Source: Mobula hypostoma
Taxonomy: Eukaryota
Assembly: GCF_963921235.1 (NCBI RefSeq)
Contig: NC_086097.1
Coordinates: 185,878,001 to 185,942,000, forward strand
Length of the DNA: 64,000 nt
Direction: 5' to 3'
Under the pieces are notes generated by a model that saw only the letters and a program-made list of their open reading frames with translations, was not told the origin of the DNA and ran no database searches. The translations under genes and the position numbers were made by a program. Positions 37,214 to 49,034 of the stretch are shown here, piece by piece (the stretch's first letter is position 1; every line of letters begins with the position of its first letter).

Positions 37214-40200
37214 TTTTTGTCAACACAAAGGGAACATTCTGTGACAGAGGGAATTCCGGGGATGGTCTCACCTGAAACATGTCCATTTGCCAGACTTTGA
37301 TTTAGAAATTGAGCCACTGATAGGGGCGAATGTGCATTGGAACTGCTGCAAGTGATTCACAGTGTCAATAATGGACCTTATGCAATTAGCACAATAGTGG
37401 GTTGGACTGTGAGAGGACCACTGAAAGGAGACGATGGTGATGGGAGAGACTGTGCTGACAGTTAACAGGATCTGTTTTGAACTTGGATCAGTTTGGCAGC
37501 TGCCATTCGAGACAGACTTCCCTGAATGTAGTCAAGAAGAGCAAACTGGATTTTCCAGAGAAGGTAACAAGTTCATGGAGCTGGTTACAAGTTTTGTAAA
37601 ATTGATCGATGGCCACTTCCAGATTAGCTTAACATGCCAAATTGACAGGGAAATTCCAGAACAGTGTGCTTGCTAAATCTGAGAGGTATAAATAAGAAGG
37701 ATGTCATTTCATACAGTCTACACATCTTCCATGAAGAATGTCATTTCTAAAGATTATGCTGAAAGAGTGCCAGTAGAGGATCTGGAACGTAGTGATGGGA
37801 AAGTCTGGTATATTCCCCATCGTGGTGTTTACCACCCTGGAAAAAGGAAAATTTGTGTTGTGTTTGACTGTGGAGCAACTTTTCAGGGAATATCACTTAA
37901 TACTCAACATTTACGGGAACCAAGTCTTACTACCTCAGATTTGAGTCATAACCAGATTCAGAAAAGAACCACTGGTGATCATGGCAGATATTGAAACAAT
38001 GTTTCATCAGGTTACAGTACCTGTGGAAGTTGCAGATCTACCGAGGTTTCACTGGTGGCCTGATGGTGACCTCAGCCAAGATATGGTGGACTTTAGAATG
38101 GTGGTTCATCACTTTCATCGCCAAGCCATGACAACTTTGCTGTTAGGAAATGTGCAGAAGATTATGAAGTACGTTTCAGCTGAGCGATGGTAGATAAGGT
38201 TTTGCATTGCCTCTATGTTGATGACTGCTTATGTCAGTGTCCTCTGAGGAAGAAGTGGTGTTTCTCTATTATGACTTTGTATCAATTTGTGCTAAAGGCA
38301 GCTTTCAACTTACAAAGTAGATAAGCAATAGATAGAGTGGTAGCTGCCATACCAGAAGAGCAAAGAGCCAAAGACATGAAGGATTTGGATCTGGATCAAG
38401 ATATATGTACCTTCGGTGGAGAAATTACTGGATGTGCAATAGTGCATGCAGTCTGATACTTTCAAGTTTAAGATCATGATCCAAGATGGACGACTCACTA
38501 GAAGGGGGATCTTCTCCACAGTTAGTTCTATCTATGATCCTCGAGGAATCTCGACTCCAGTGGTGCTATCTGCTAAGAAGATCCTACGAGATTTATGAAA
38601 GAAAGAGCTTGGCTGGGATGACACTATACCAACGTCAGCTGCTCATGAGTGGACAAGTTGGCTGAAAGAACTCTGCCAGTTGGAAGACCTCCAGGTTGTT
38701 AGATGTTTTAAACCCCTGGATTTGAGAGAAGTTACTGCTGCACAGCTGTCTCACTTTACAGACTCAAGTGAAGATGACTATGGAGTAGGGACCTACCTAT
38801 TGTTGCACAACATACACTCTCAGGTGCATAGTGCTTTTATCATGGGAAACTCTAGGGTTGCTTTGTTGAAGCTAGCTTCCATCCTCTATATGGAACTCAT
38901 AGCTACTATAATGTGCTGTATGGACACATTGTGGAGGAAAAAGTCATAACTCATGCAGCTTCATAACTCAGTTTTTTGAACTGATACTACTTCTGTGCTG
39001 AAGTACATCAAGAATGAAACTTTCAGGTTCTGAACTTTAGTTGCAAGCACAGCTCCTGAAATTCTTAAGGTCTCACATGCATCTCAATGGAGGCATGTAA
39101 ATACTTCAAGCAACCCAGCAGATGTGGCCTCTAGAGGGTTGAAGGTGAAAGCGTTCCCGAAGAATGAAACATGGGTGTCAGGGCCTCAGTATCTTCTTCA
39201 GCCTGAAAAGGGGTGGCCTGTGAATCCCGATTGCTCTGGAGAACCCCTGTTAAATGATCTGGAAGTCAAGAGGAATAATACAATGAATGCCATGCAGACT
39301 GCAGAACAGGTGGATGCAGTAACATGCATACTCCATCACTTCTCACCTTGGACCCATTTGAGGAAGGCAGTGGACTGGATTCTTAGATTTAAGAACCTGC
39401 TCTTGTTTCTCAGTTGGAAGAGGAATCAATTGAACATTGCCCTTGCTCGGTCTGACTTGGATGAAAAACAACAAAGGTATTCTTCAGAGAGAGAGGTTGA
39501 CTAGGCCAAAAGTCAGATTGGCAAAGGTGGTCTCTTGGTGGAAGAGCTCAGAAAGCCTGAAATGGAGATCATTGAGTTTTGCCAAAGAAAAATATTTCCA
39601 GATGAACCACTGTTTACACATGCAGCAGTGGACTACTTTAGATCTATTGAGGTGATGAGCAGAAGGCTTACAGTGAATAGGTATGGGGTCATATTTACCC
39701 ATGTAGCTATATGAGCTGTACACCTTGAAGTGGCATCTTAAGACACAGGTTCCTTTGTTAATGCACTTCAACGCTTTATAGCAAGACGAGGACAGATTTG
39801 TGAACTGTACTCTGATAATGTAACAAACTTTATCATAGCTGAGCATTAGTTGAGAGAAGCCGCAAAGAAATAGAATCATTCATGGATCAGTGATGTTCTT
39901 CTTCAAAAAGGAATTAAGTGGATTTTTAGTACTCCAGCTGGTTCACATCATGGAGGAATATAGGAGAGATTGATTAGATCTGTACAAAGGTCCTCAATTC
40001 CACCATGAAGGTACTAAGTTTTGATGAAGTAAGTTTCCACGTGGTCCTTTGTGAAGTAGAGACTATTATCAATGATCACTTAATTACTAAAGCATTTTTG
40101 ATTGCAATAATTTGGAAGCACTAACACCACGACAATCTGTTGCTTCTGAAGACCTCACCATCTTTACCACCAGAAGAGTTTCAAAAGGAAAACATTTATG

Positions 40201-41041
40201 TTTGTCATAGCTGGAAACAGGTCCAATACATGTCAAACTTCTTTTGGAAATGGTGGGTCAAAGAGCACCTACTACAGCTACAGGAGCGTCAGAAATGGTC
40301 AGGTGTAAAATGTAATTTCCTCCCAAGAGAAAAAAAAGTTGACGACTCAGTGGCTTGAAATGCATGGGTTATGGGAATAATCATTCAAGTCTTTCCAGCC
40401 AGAAGAGGATTTGTGCAACAGGTGCACATCAAGACCAAAACCACTTGTCTGGACAGGCCTACAATAAAGAATTGTCTTCCATAGGAGGTGGAGTTTTGAG
40501 GAACTACATGAGTGACTTGACAGAGAGTAGTGGGAAAGATCACTCTGTACTGGGCTAACTGCTGGTAGCCTCTGGCCTAGATGACTTGAAGAAGAAAGAA
40601 GAAAGAATACATTTGCATAAATGTTAAGATGTTTATCCTTGAAGATTGTATGTCTCCTATTTTTAGCAGTATGTAGTTGTAATTATTATAGTGTAATAAT
40701 TATGGGCTAGGATGTAGGAGCCATGTATCTATGTATTTTCTGTCTGTATTGTATTTTGTGTTGTGTGTTTATTTTGGGTTACTGTAATTTCTCATGTTGA
40801 TTGGGCCATGGTAGAAGCAAATGAGCATAGCTGTGTATTCACACTTTATCTTGGTTCAGGTTAGTTGTTAGTTAGGGGCAAACTGGGGAACGGTATTTTT
40901 TGTTGACCACTTATTTTGCTAATTTGAATGCTGATTATTTTTATTTTATTACGTCACTAATTTCCTTTGCTTAGATTTTTAAAATTGCTATAATATCATT
41001 AGTTTTTGTTGGTTTCATAATAAAGGATTGAATGTACTTTT

Positions 41042-42519
41042 AAACGCAAACAATGTCTTCGCTACATCGACGACTGCATTGGCGCTGCTTCCTGCACGCA
41101 TGCAGAACTCGTTGACTTTATTAACTTTGCCTCCAACTTTCACCCTGCCCTCAAGTTTACCTGGTCCATTTCCGACACCTCCCTCCCCTTTCTAGATCTT
41201 TCTGTCTCTGTCTCTGGAGACAGCTTATCCACTGATGTCTACTATAAGCCTACTGACTCTCACAGCTATCTGGACTATTCCTCTTCTCACCCTGTCTCTT
41301 GCAAAAACGCCATCCCCTTCTCGCAATTCCTCCGTCTCCGCCGCATCTGCTCCCAGGATGAGGCTTTTCATTCTAGGACGAGGGAGATGTCTTCATTTTT
41401 TAAAGAAAGGGGCTTCCCTTCCTCCACTATCAACTCTGCTCTTAAATGCATCTCCCCCATTTCACGTACATCTGCTCTCACTCCATCCTCCCACCACCCC
41501 ACTAGGAATAGGGTTCCCCTGGTCCTCACCTACCACCCCACCAGCCTCCGGGTCCAACATATTATTCTCCGTAACTTCCGCCACCTCCAACGGGATCCCA
41601 CCACTAAGCACATCTTCCCCTCCCCCCCCCTGCATTCTGCAGGGATCGCTCCCTACACAACTCCCTTGACCATTCGTCCCCCTCATCCCTCCCCACTGAT
41701 CTCCCTCCTGGCACTTATCCGTGTAAGCGGAACAAGTGCTACACATGCCCTTACACTTCCTCCCTTACCACCATTCAGGGCCCCAAACAGTCCTTCCAGG
41801 TGAGGCATCACTTCACCTGTGAGTCGACTGGGGTGATATACTGCGTCCGGTGCTCCCGATGTGGCCTTTTATATATTGGTGAGACCCGACGCAGACTGGG
41901 AGACCGCTTTGCTGAACATCTACGCTCTGTCCACCAGAGAAAGCAGGATCTCCCAGTGGCCACACATTTTAATTCCACATCCCATTCCCATTCTGACATG
42001 TCTATCCACGGCCTCCTCTACTGTAAAGATGAAGCCACACTCAGGTTGGAGGAACAACACCTTATATTCCGTTTGGGTAGCCTCCAACCTGATGGCATGA
42101 ACATCGACTTCTCTAACTTCCGCTAGGCCCCACCTCCCCCTCGTACCCCATCTGTTACTCATTTTTATGCACACATTCTTTCTCTCACTCTCCTTTTTCT
42201 CCCTCTGTCCCTCTGAATATACCTCTTGCCCATCCTCTGGGTCACCCCCCCCCTTGTCTTTCTTCCCGGACCTCCTGTCCCATGATCCTCTCGTATCCCC
42301 TTCTGCCTATCACCTGTCCAGCTCTCGGCTCTATCCCTCCCCCTCCTGGCTTCTCCTATCATTTTGCATCTCCCCCTCCCCCTCCAGCTTTCAAATCCCT
42401 TACTCACTCATCCTTCAGTTAGTCCTGACGAAGGGTCTCAGCCTGAAACGTCGACTGCGCCTCTTCCTATAGATGCTGCTTGGCCTGCTGCGTTCACCAG
42501 CAACTTTGATGTATGTTGC
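41042..42519 (+). mobile_element. Penelope-like element, 5'-truncated (RT C-half and GIY-YIG endonuclease)
   Basis: RYIDDCIG, FLDL, YYKPTDSH and VIYCVRCSRCGLLYIGETRRRLGDRFAEH, stop at 42126, with a frameshift in a C-run near 41620. 14-bp TSD ttgaatgtactttt at 41028-41041 and 42520-42533 occurs once in the 5' LTR. Confidence 0.95.
42421..42456 (+). ncRNA. Minimal type I hammerhead ribozyme motif
   Basis: AGTC-CTGACGA-AGG(gtctcag)CCT-GAAA-CGTC-GACT with an intact core. Predicted cleavage after C42452. Confidence 0.8.
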
Positions 42520-43300
42520 TTGAATGTACTTTTGTTGACTTGGAGTTCAGTCATTTGGAAACATGTTATACAGTATTAACTCCCGTACTCAGTCACTCAG
42601 CAGTTTCATTTGTTTTCAGGCAACCACTACAGGCAAGTGAAAGTGAGTAAATTTTCACCCTCAGTTCAAGAGCTTAATGGTTGAGAGGAAATAACTGTTT
42701 CTCAATCTGGTGGTGTGAGTCCTGAGGGTCCTGTACCTTCTTGCTGATGGCAGCAGTGAGAGGAGAGCATGGCCTAGATCGTGGGGATTCCTAATGATAA
42801 GTGCTGCTTTCCTGTGACAACACCGTGTAGATGTGCTTAATGGTGGGGAGGGCTTTACCTGTGATTAACTGGGCCATACCACTACTTTTTGTAGGTTTTT
42901 ACATTCAAGGGCACTGGTGTTTCCATATCAGGCTGTGATGCAGCCAGTCAGTATACTCTCCACTATGCATCTAGAGAAGCTTGTCAAAGTTTTAGATGTC
43001 ATGCCACATTTTCGCCAACTCCTAATGAAGTAGAGGCACTGCCGTACTTTCTTTGTAATTGCACTTATGAGCTGGGCCCAGGACAGGTCCTCCGAAATAA
43101 TAATACCAAGGTATTTAAAATGGCTGACCCTCTCCACCTCCAATGAGGACTGGCTCATGGGCCTCTGGTTTCCCCCTCCTGAGGTCAGTAATCAGCTCCT
43201 TGGTCTTGCTGACGTTGTGAAAGAGGATGTTGTGGCACTACTCAGCCAGATTTTCAATCTCCCTCCTAAGCGCCGATGCACCACCACCTTTGATATGGCC

Positions 43301-43442
43301 CGATCTGCCATCTGGAACTACCTGTACTGAAGGCGGAAGAACTTTCAAAGCCAAGATTGGACTCATAAACCACTTGAGAGCCCATAAATAGATCAACAGA
43401 ACGAAGGCCATCATCCTCGACCTCGAGGGATAGTCACGATGA
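43301..43442 (+). mobile_element. RTE-clade LINE 3' end
   Basis: Encodes CTEGGRTFKAKIGLINHLRAHK* with a (GAT)n tail. About 10-bp TSD tgatatggcc/tgatacggcc at 43291-43300 and 43443-43452. Confidence 0.78.
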
Positions 43443-44327
43443 TGATACGGCCTGTGACAGTGGTGTCATCAGCAAACTTGAATATGGCATTGGAGCTGTG
43501 CTGAGCTACACAATCATAAGTGTAAAACGAGTACAGCAGGAGTTAAGTACACAGCCTTGTGGTGCACCTGTGCTGATGGAGATCATAGAGGAGATGATGT
43601 TGCAAAGCGGAACTGAGTGGGATCTGCAGGTGAGAAAATCAGGGATCCAATTGCACGAGGAGGTATTGAAGCCAAGGTCTTGAAACTTACTGATTAGTTT
43701 TGAGGGAATGATGGTTTTGAATGTCAAGCTGTAGTTGATAAAGAGCATCATGATTAATGCATCTTTGCTGTCCAGATGTTCCAGGGTTGAGTAAAGAGCC
43801 AATGAGATCGCAACTGCTGTGGACTTTTGCCTTGGTAGACAAATTGGAGCAGATTGAAGTTGCTTCTTGGGCAGGAGTTGATATGTTTCATCACCAACTT
43901 CTCGAAACATTTCATCACTGTGGATACAAGTGCTACCGGATGATAGTCATTGAGGCATTCTTCTTCAGCACTGGGATAATTGAAGCCTACTTGAAATGGG
44001 TGGGTACCACACACCGACAAAGCAAGGGTTATAAGATCTCAGTCAACACACCAGCACATGATCAGAAGAGGTCTTTAGAACTTGGCCAGGTACTCTGTCT
44101 AGACTGGATGCTTTACATGAATTCACCCTCCCGAAAGCTGCTCACATATCATCCTCAGAGACTGAAATCACAGGATCATTGGGGACTGTGGGAGATGATG
44201 ATGATTCCTTCATGTTCTGATGGTCAAAGTGAGAATAGGAGGCATTGAGCTCATCGGAAAGCAGAGCTCTTTTGTCGCCTATGTCTCTTGATTTACAGTA
44301 ACTTTCTACGAGGTTTGTATTCAAGGC

Positions 44328-44686
44328 AGTGGTGGGGTAGATATACGTCTCTACCAAAGGAGGTGCAAAGTGTTCCTTTGCTCTGCTCGCCCGCAGTCGC
44401 CCTTGGGAAAGGTGTAGCACCTGCTTAGTACCCCTGAACTGGGTCATATGAAGCCATGGGAGCAGGTGGTGCATATTACAAGTCCTGATTATGTGACCAC
44501 TGACACAAGGAAGACGATTTCTGAAGAGTATTGATAATGGCAGGCGCCACTCGTCTTGCAAATACACTGTCCAGAAGTAGGCAATGGCAAACCACTTCTG
44601 TAGAACAACTTTTCAAGGACAATCATGGTCATAAGACCATGATCACCTACATCATACAGCATGGCTTATAATGACAATGATGATGA
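44328..44686 (+). mobile_element. Non-coding RTE-related SINE-like element
   Basis: Contains ggcaatggcaaaccacttc, a motif seen in RTE/BovB-related SINEs, and ends in atgatgatga. No recognisable coding motif. Confidence 0.45.
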
Positions 44687-44769
44687 GTATGCAAGCCCTA
44701 CCACAACTATCGAGCAACCTTCTTTGATTCAAGTTTAGACCAGAATTGCCACTTCACCCATGAGATGGC

Positions 44770-45200
44770 ATTCCAGAGATCGTACCTGGACCTCTTGTAA
44801 ATTTCTTAGTCACCAGACATGAATGCCTCTGATTTGGCCCCCAGCAGATTGCAGATCTTCTGGTTGGGGAAGACTGATGTTGTGGGGACACACTCATCTA
44901 CAACTGCTTGAATAAAATTTACGACAACCATGGACCAGATCATTTCAAAATGCTGAAATTCCAGGGAAGGGAAAGATACATCTTGAGTGGAATCTCATCA
45001 AAGATGGAAATTGCAGCAAATGTTTGCTGAGTTTGGAGGATGACGGGATGGAAGGTGAAGAACATTTCTCTGTCAAGGAGAAGGAATGAGAGCAGAGGTG
45101 CAGACAATTAATGAGAGGCAGTCAATGACTTTGTTAATGCTGGTAGTGGGGGGTGGGGGAGAAATCCATGGTTCAGGAAGAAGGACATCTCAGAGACACA
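44770..45200 (-). mobile_element. Highly degenerate Penelope RT fragment
   Basis: Weak similarity on the minus strand to 41310-41430 (HGFLP..., aaggacatctc). Confidence 0.4.
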
Positions 45201-46494
45201 TGATGGAAATAAATCCTGTACTTTTGCCACAACTTCATTTTCACTGGCCCTTAATAGAGCAGGATGACAAAATTTACACTGACACAACAATTAACTCATC
45301 CCTATGTGGGATTCCATTAATCTCCATGACTGAAAGTAGTCAAAAATCTGCTCCTATGATTTAATGAGCATTATTATCTGTACGATTCACAGAAGCTTTT
45401 CTTTCTCCCTCATTCTAATTCATTCCCCAGTTTTCAATCTCTCCATTTCACCAGGACTACTCCATTCAACTAGATGAAAAATCACGACAGCATCCCATGG
45501 ACATAATATTTTTGCAGGTATTCCTTATGGACATTCTTACATGCAATTACAATTGTAGGTTGTACCTGTGAATTCAGATTCTGTTTTGCATGTGGATTCA
45601 AAGCTATGGATAGTGATCTGTCATGGCCTCAGAATTTACATCAAAAGTAAAATGTTCACTGTAGTGAAGCGTTATAGCAACAGCTGCAAACTACATTCAT
45701 GATCAACGGTGAAAATATCATTGTGGAACGGAAGTAAATAAGATGACATATTGTAAAGCCAGTGATTACCTAACCCAGAAAATCAAACATTAGACAGGTT
45801 TGTACATAAAGTGTATTTATCTTCTAAATTAAACTACTTCTCACTACAATCATCTTGAGTTATAATGAAGGCACATTGTTGAAGCCTAACCTATAGGTAA
45901 AATTTTCTAATTGATGTAAAGTTGAAGTATAGTTAATGGTATGTTTTATGAAATTTATTACCAAATTAACACACCTGTATCTTTAATAAAGATTGACACA
46001 ATTTAGTTTAGCCTAACAGTTCGTGCATAACAAAGATACAAAGAAAGTAAAATAAACTCCTGTACTACTTTTCACCTCATCATAGATAAAACAAAGGAAA
46101 CCATTTAATCAATATCGTAAAGTATATTAAAATGTTTATAATTTCTGAGCTAGTATATGAGCATAAATGCACAATAGAAATTCTCCCCTGTGAGGACTAT
46201 TAAGTGTACTGTGTGGTGGCACAAGTATATTGCATTTTGCCTTTGAAATTCGATTAATTGAACCTGGGGTTGAATTTCTTGACAGAGTTGAAGTCCCAAC
46301 ATAGCTATTTATGAATTTAAACTCAATTATTTAAATAAATCTGGAATAAATCACGAAAAAGTAGCCTTGATGTTGGAATTCAAAATCCATTTGATTCATT
46401 TAGGAAAAAAAACCTACTGGTCTGGTCTACATGGACTAAATTCATATTTATGAAAGGACATAGCAAGCCACCAGTAAAAAGGTAAGGTAACATC

Positions 46495-46730
46495 TACACA
46501 AAAGAGTCTGCAGATGCTGGAAATCCAGAGCAACACACACACACACATACACACAATGCTGGGGGAACTCAGCAGGTCAGGGAATATCTATGGAAATGAA
46601 TAAATGAACAAAGTGCTTCTCCCCTCCTTTTCAGTCCTGATGAAGGGCCAGGACCCGAAACATCGATTGTTTATTCATTTCCATAGATGCTGCCTGACCT
46701 GCTGAGTTCCTCTAGCATTTTGTGTGTGTT
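46495..46730. mobile_element. Penelope-derived hairpin element containing a hammerhead motif
   Basis: Inverted arms of about 55 bp (46550-46603 and 46670-46728) flank a loop that holds the ribozyme core. Confidence 0.75.
46632..46669 (+). ncRNA. Hammerhead ribozyme motif, partly decayed
   Basis: CAGTC-CTGATGA-AGGG(ccagga)CCC-GAAA-CATC-GATTG. Core intact, but the stem III palindrome is lost (ACAU). Confidence 0.6.
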
Positions 46731-47704
46731 AATCAGGACAACGTCCAGATTTGGGCCAATAAGCCATGTTCTTCCCTGGAACTAGAGTGAAAGGCAATAA
46801 CTACCTCTGTCAAAGGAGAGTCTAAAGACCCCTCCTTGACATTCAATACTGTTAACATTATTTAATATTTCCATCAAAATATTGATGAGAAGAAGAGGAA
46901 TTGGAGGTCACCATTGTGCTGATTAAGTTTGGAGGCCAGGGGAGAAAAGCAGAAGGAGCAAATTTGAAAGTACCGGAATAAAGTACATTTCAAATATTAA
47001 ACGGTTCTGCCTTGGTTTAGGCTGCACTGGGCTCTTGTCTGTTCCAATACGTCTGCTTTAAATCATATACTTGCAAAGGTGGCAGTGCAAACAAACCAGG
47101 ATTGTTCCTGAAGTAACTAACCATGGTTGCTTCTTGGTTAGGCATGATCTTTCTTCTTGAGCAAAATACTGTTGTACAACAATTTCATTCCAGGTGCATC
47201 TGTCATCATGTAAGGATGGTAGACAACTGGAAGAGCCTGGTAAAAATTTCTGGAATGGCACAATTCAACTTGGAAATAGCTACACTTGCATTTGACTATA
47301 TACTTAACTGATCAAGAATAGCAGTGAGAAAACAGCACCATGAGAATAAATTGCTTAGTGTTTATCACTGAACTCTCTCCTCCCTCATTTTAGGTTGTGA
47401 ATCTCCTTAAAACTGCATTTTCTCCACAGTTCGTGATATTGCCCTGCTTAATGCAAGTTGTGCATACCCAGATTTTGCTCTTCTTTTAGAAACAAGGTGC
47501 CCAAAGTTGCCATAAACAAAGTAAATAGGAAAACAGCATGTCACATTTTCAACTGGCCATCTGCCAGCAGTACAACACAAAAAGAAGCTATTTTCCCCAC
47601 TGGCTCCATAATGCATCTAAACAGACCATTCGCATCGCTGCCACTGCCCCCTCCTGATTGTCCAAAAGTCCTGCAATGTACTCTCCTTCGTATTAAAAAA
47701 ATCA

Positions 47705-48005
47705 ATGATAAAAATTAGCTTTGTACATGAAACATTCAGTGAAATGTGTCACGTGTGTCAAGGACCAGCACAGTCCGAGCATATACTGGGAGCAGCCCAC
47801 AAGTGTAGTCATGCTTGTGGCGCCAACATAACATGCCCACAACTTACTAACCTGTATGTCTTTGGAATGTGGGAGGAAACTGGAGCACCTGGAGGAGACC
47901 CACAGGATCACGGGGAGAACGCATAAACTCCTTACAGACAGTGGAAGGAATTGAACCCCAATCACAGATGCTACAAAGCATTACACTAACTGTCATCCCA
48001 CCCCA
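47705..48005 (-). mobile_element. V-SINE
   Basis: gtctttggaatgtgggaggaaactggagcacc..ggagaacgcataaactccttacagac is the reverse V-domain. Confidence 0.78.
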
Positions 48006-48019
48006 TGCCCATTGGCACC

Positions 48020-48215
48020 TCTTTAGTAATTTTTCCTAATTACCTACAATAAAGGCAATTTACAGTAGTAGGGTAGAACTTGGTGAATCCTAGGGGAATC
48101 TCATGCAATAACCAGGAAAACATACAAACTCCATACAAACAGCATTCAGGCTCCAAAGCAAACTGGAGTGTCTGGAGCTATGAGACAGCAGACCTGCTTC
48201 ACCATCATGCCACCT
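48020..48215 (-). mobile_element. Degenerate V-SINE
   Basis: gaaaacatacaaactccatacaaacagca..ctggagctatgagacagcag. Confidence 0.5.
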
Positions 48216-49034
48216 AATTTAGTGACAATTTAAAATTATAACTTGTCAGCTAAAGGAAATAGAATTCCTTGTTCAGTCTCTTAAATGATCTTAATAATTT
48301 TGTTAAAGCATCACTTAGTCTTCTCCATTCTGATGGAAGTAGACTGTCTCCAAAGTCTTCTCTATAATTATAGTTTCTTAATCATATTATCTTACTTAAT
48401 CAACACTGTGCATTCGATACAACTTTAATCTCCTTTCTGAAATGAAGTGCTCAAAAATACACACATGATGTCAATATAGTCTAGCAAAAGCATTGAATAA
48501 ATTTATCAATATTTCTTTACTCAAGTGATTTCTGGCCTCATTTGTAAAATTCCAAAAGCTTTGTTTCATTAATGAATTCACATTAATGTGCAGCTCTCTC
48601 TGTTGATTTGGCTTTGGGTTTTCAAAACAGGTTTGACCTTTGATCACCATATTCAAAGCTATTTTAAGCAAACAACCAGCATTTGAAAGTTACAGCTGGC
48701 AATTTGAAACTCTGTGCTGTTCTGGAGAGGTTATACTTGGATCAGACGACAGTTTTTGCAAAATAAATTGTACGTCCAAAGCACTATTCAGACTAGTTTT
48801 AGTTCAATTGCAGAGCATTCTCAACCCCAGCATAGAAACCCAAAAGCTTGTTTATTGGGTGATGGTTAATCTTAATATGGTAAAACCAATCTTTAATTTT
48901 AAGTTGGCAGCCATGAAAACTTGATGCTCATAATCTTTAAAAAGTACTATGTCTGATGTATTGTACAGGCTGCACAATTTTGACAAGTGCTTCCTTGGAT
49001 GTCTATTACATCTTTATACTCCACCAACTTACCT

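Larger units (their letters stand above)
36777..42631 (+). mobile_element. BEL/Pao LTR retrotransposon, two LTRs, internally deleted and decayed
   Basis: GPYA..GWTVRGPL, WYIPHRGVYHPGKRKICVVFDC, ADIETMFHQV, YVDD (about 38214), HFTDSSEDDYG (RNase H), NPADVASRG and integrase remnants. Flanked by GGCA at 36773-36776 and 42632-42635. Confidence 0.92.
40713..42631 (+). repeat. BEL/Pao 3' LTR, interrupted by Penelope
   Basis: TGTAGGAGCC..AACCACTACA, preceded by a degenerate PPT (gggctagga). Confidence 0.88.
35945..44290 (-). mobile_element. Rex1/Babar-type LINE, fragmented host of nested CR1, BEL/Pao, Penelope and RTE insertions
   Basis: Tail at 35945-36228, a sliver at 36762-36776, and the body at 42632-44290 with CLNDYHPVALVSTVMKCFEKLV, STGAPQGCVL and FKYLGIIISEDLSW. 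Confidence 0.85.
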
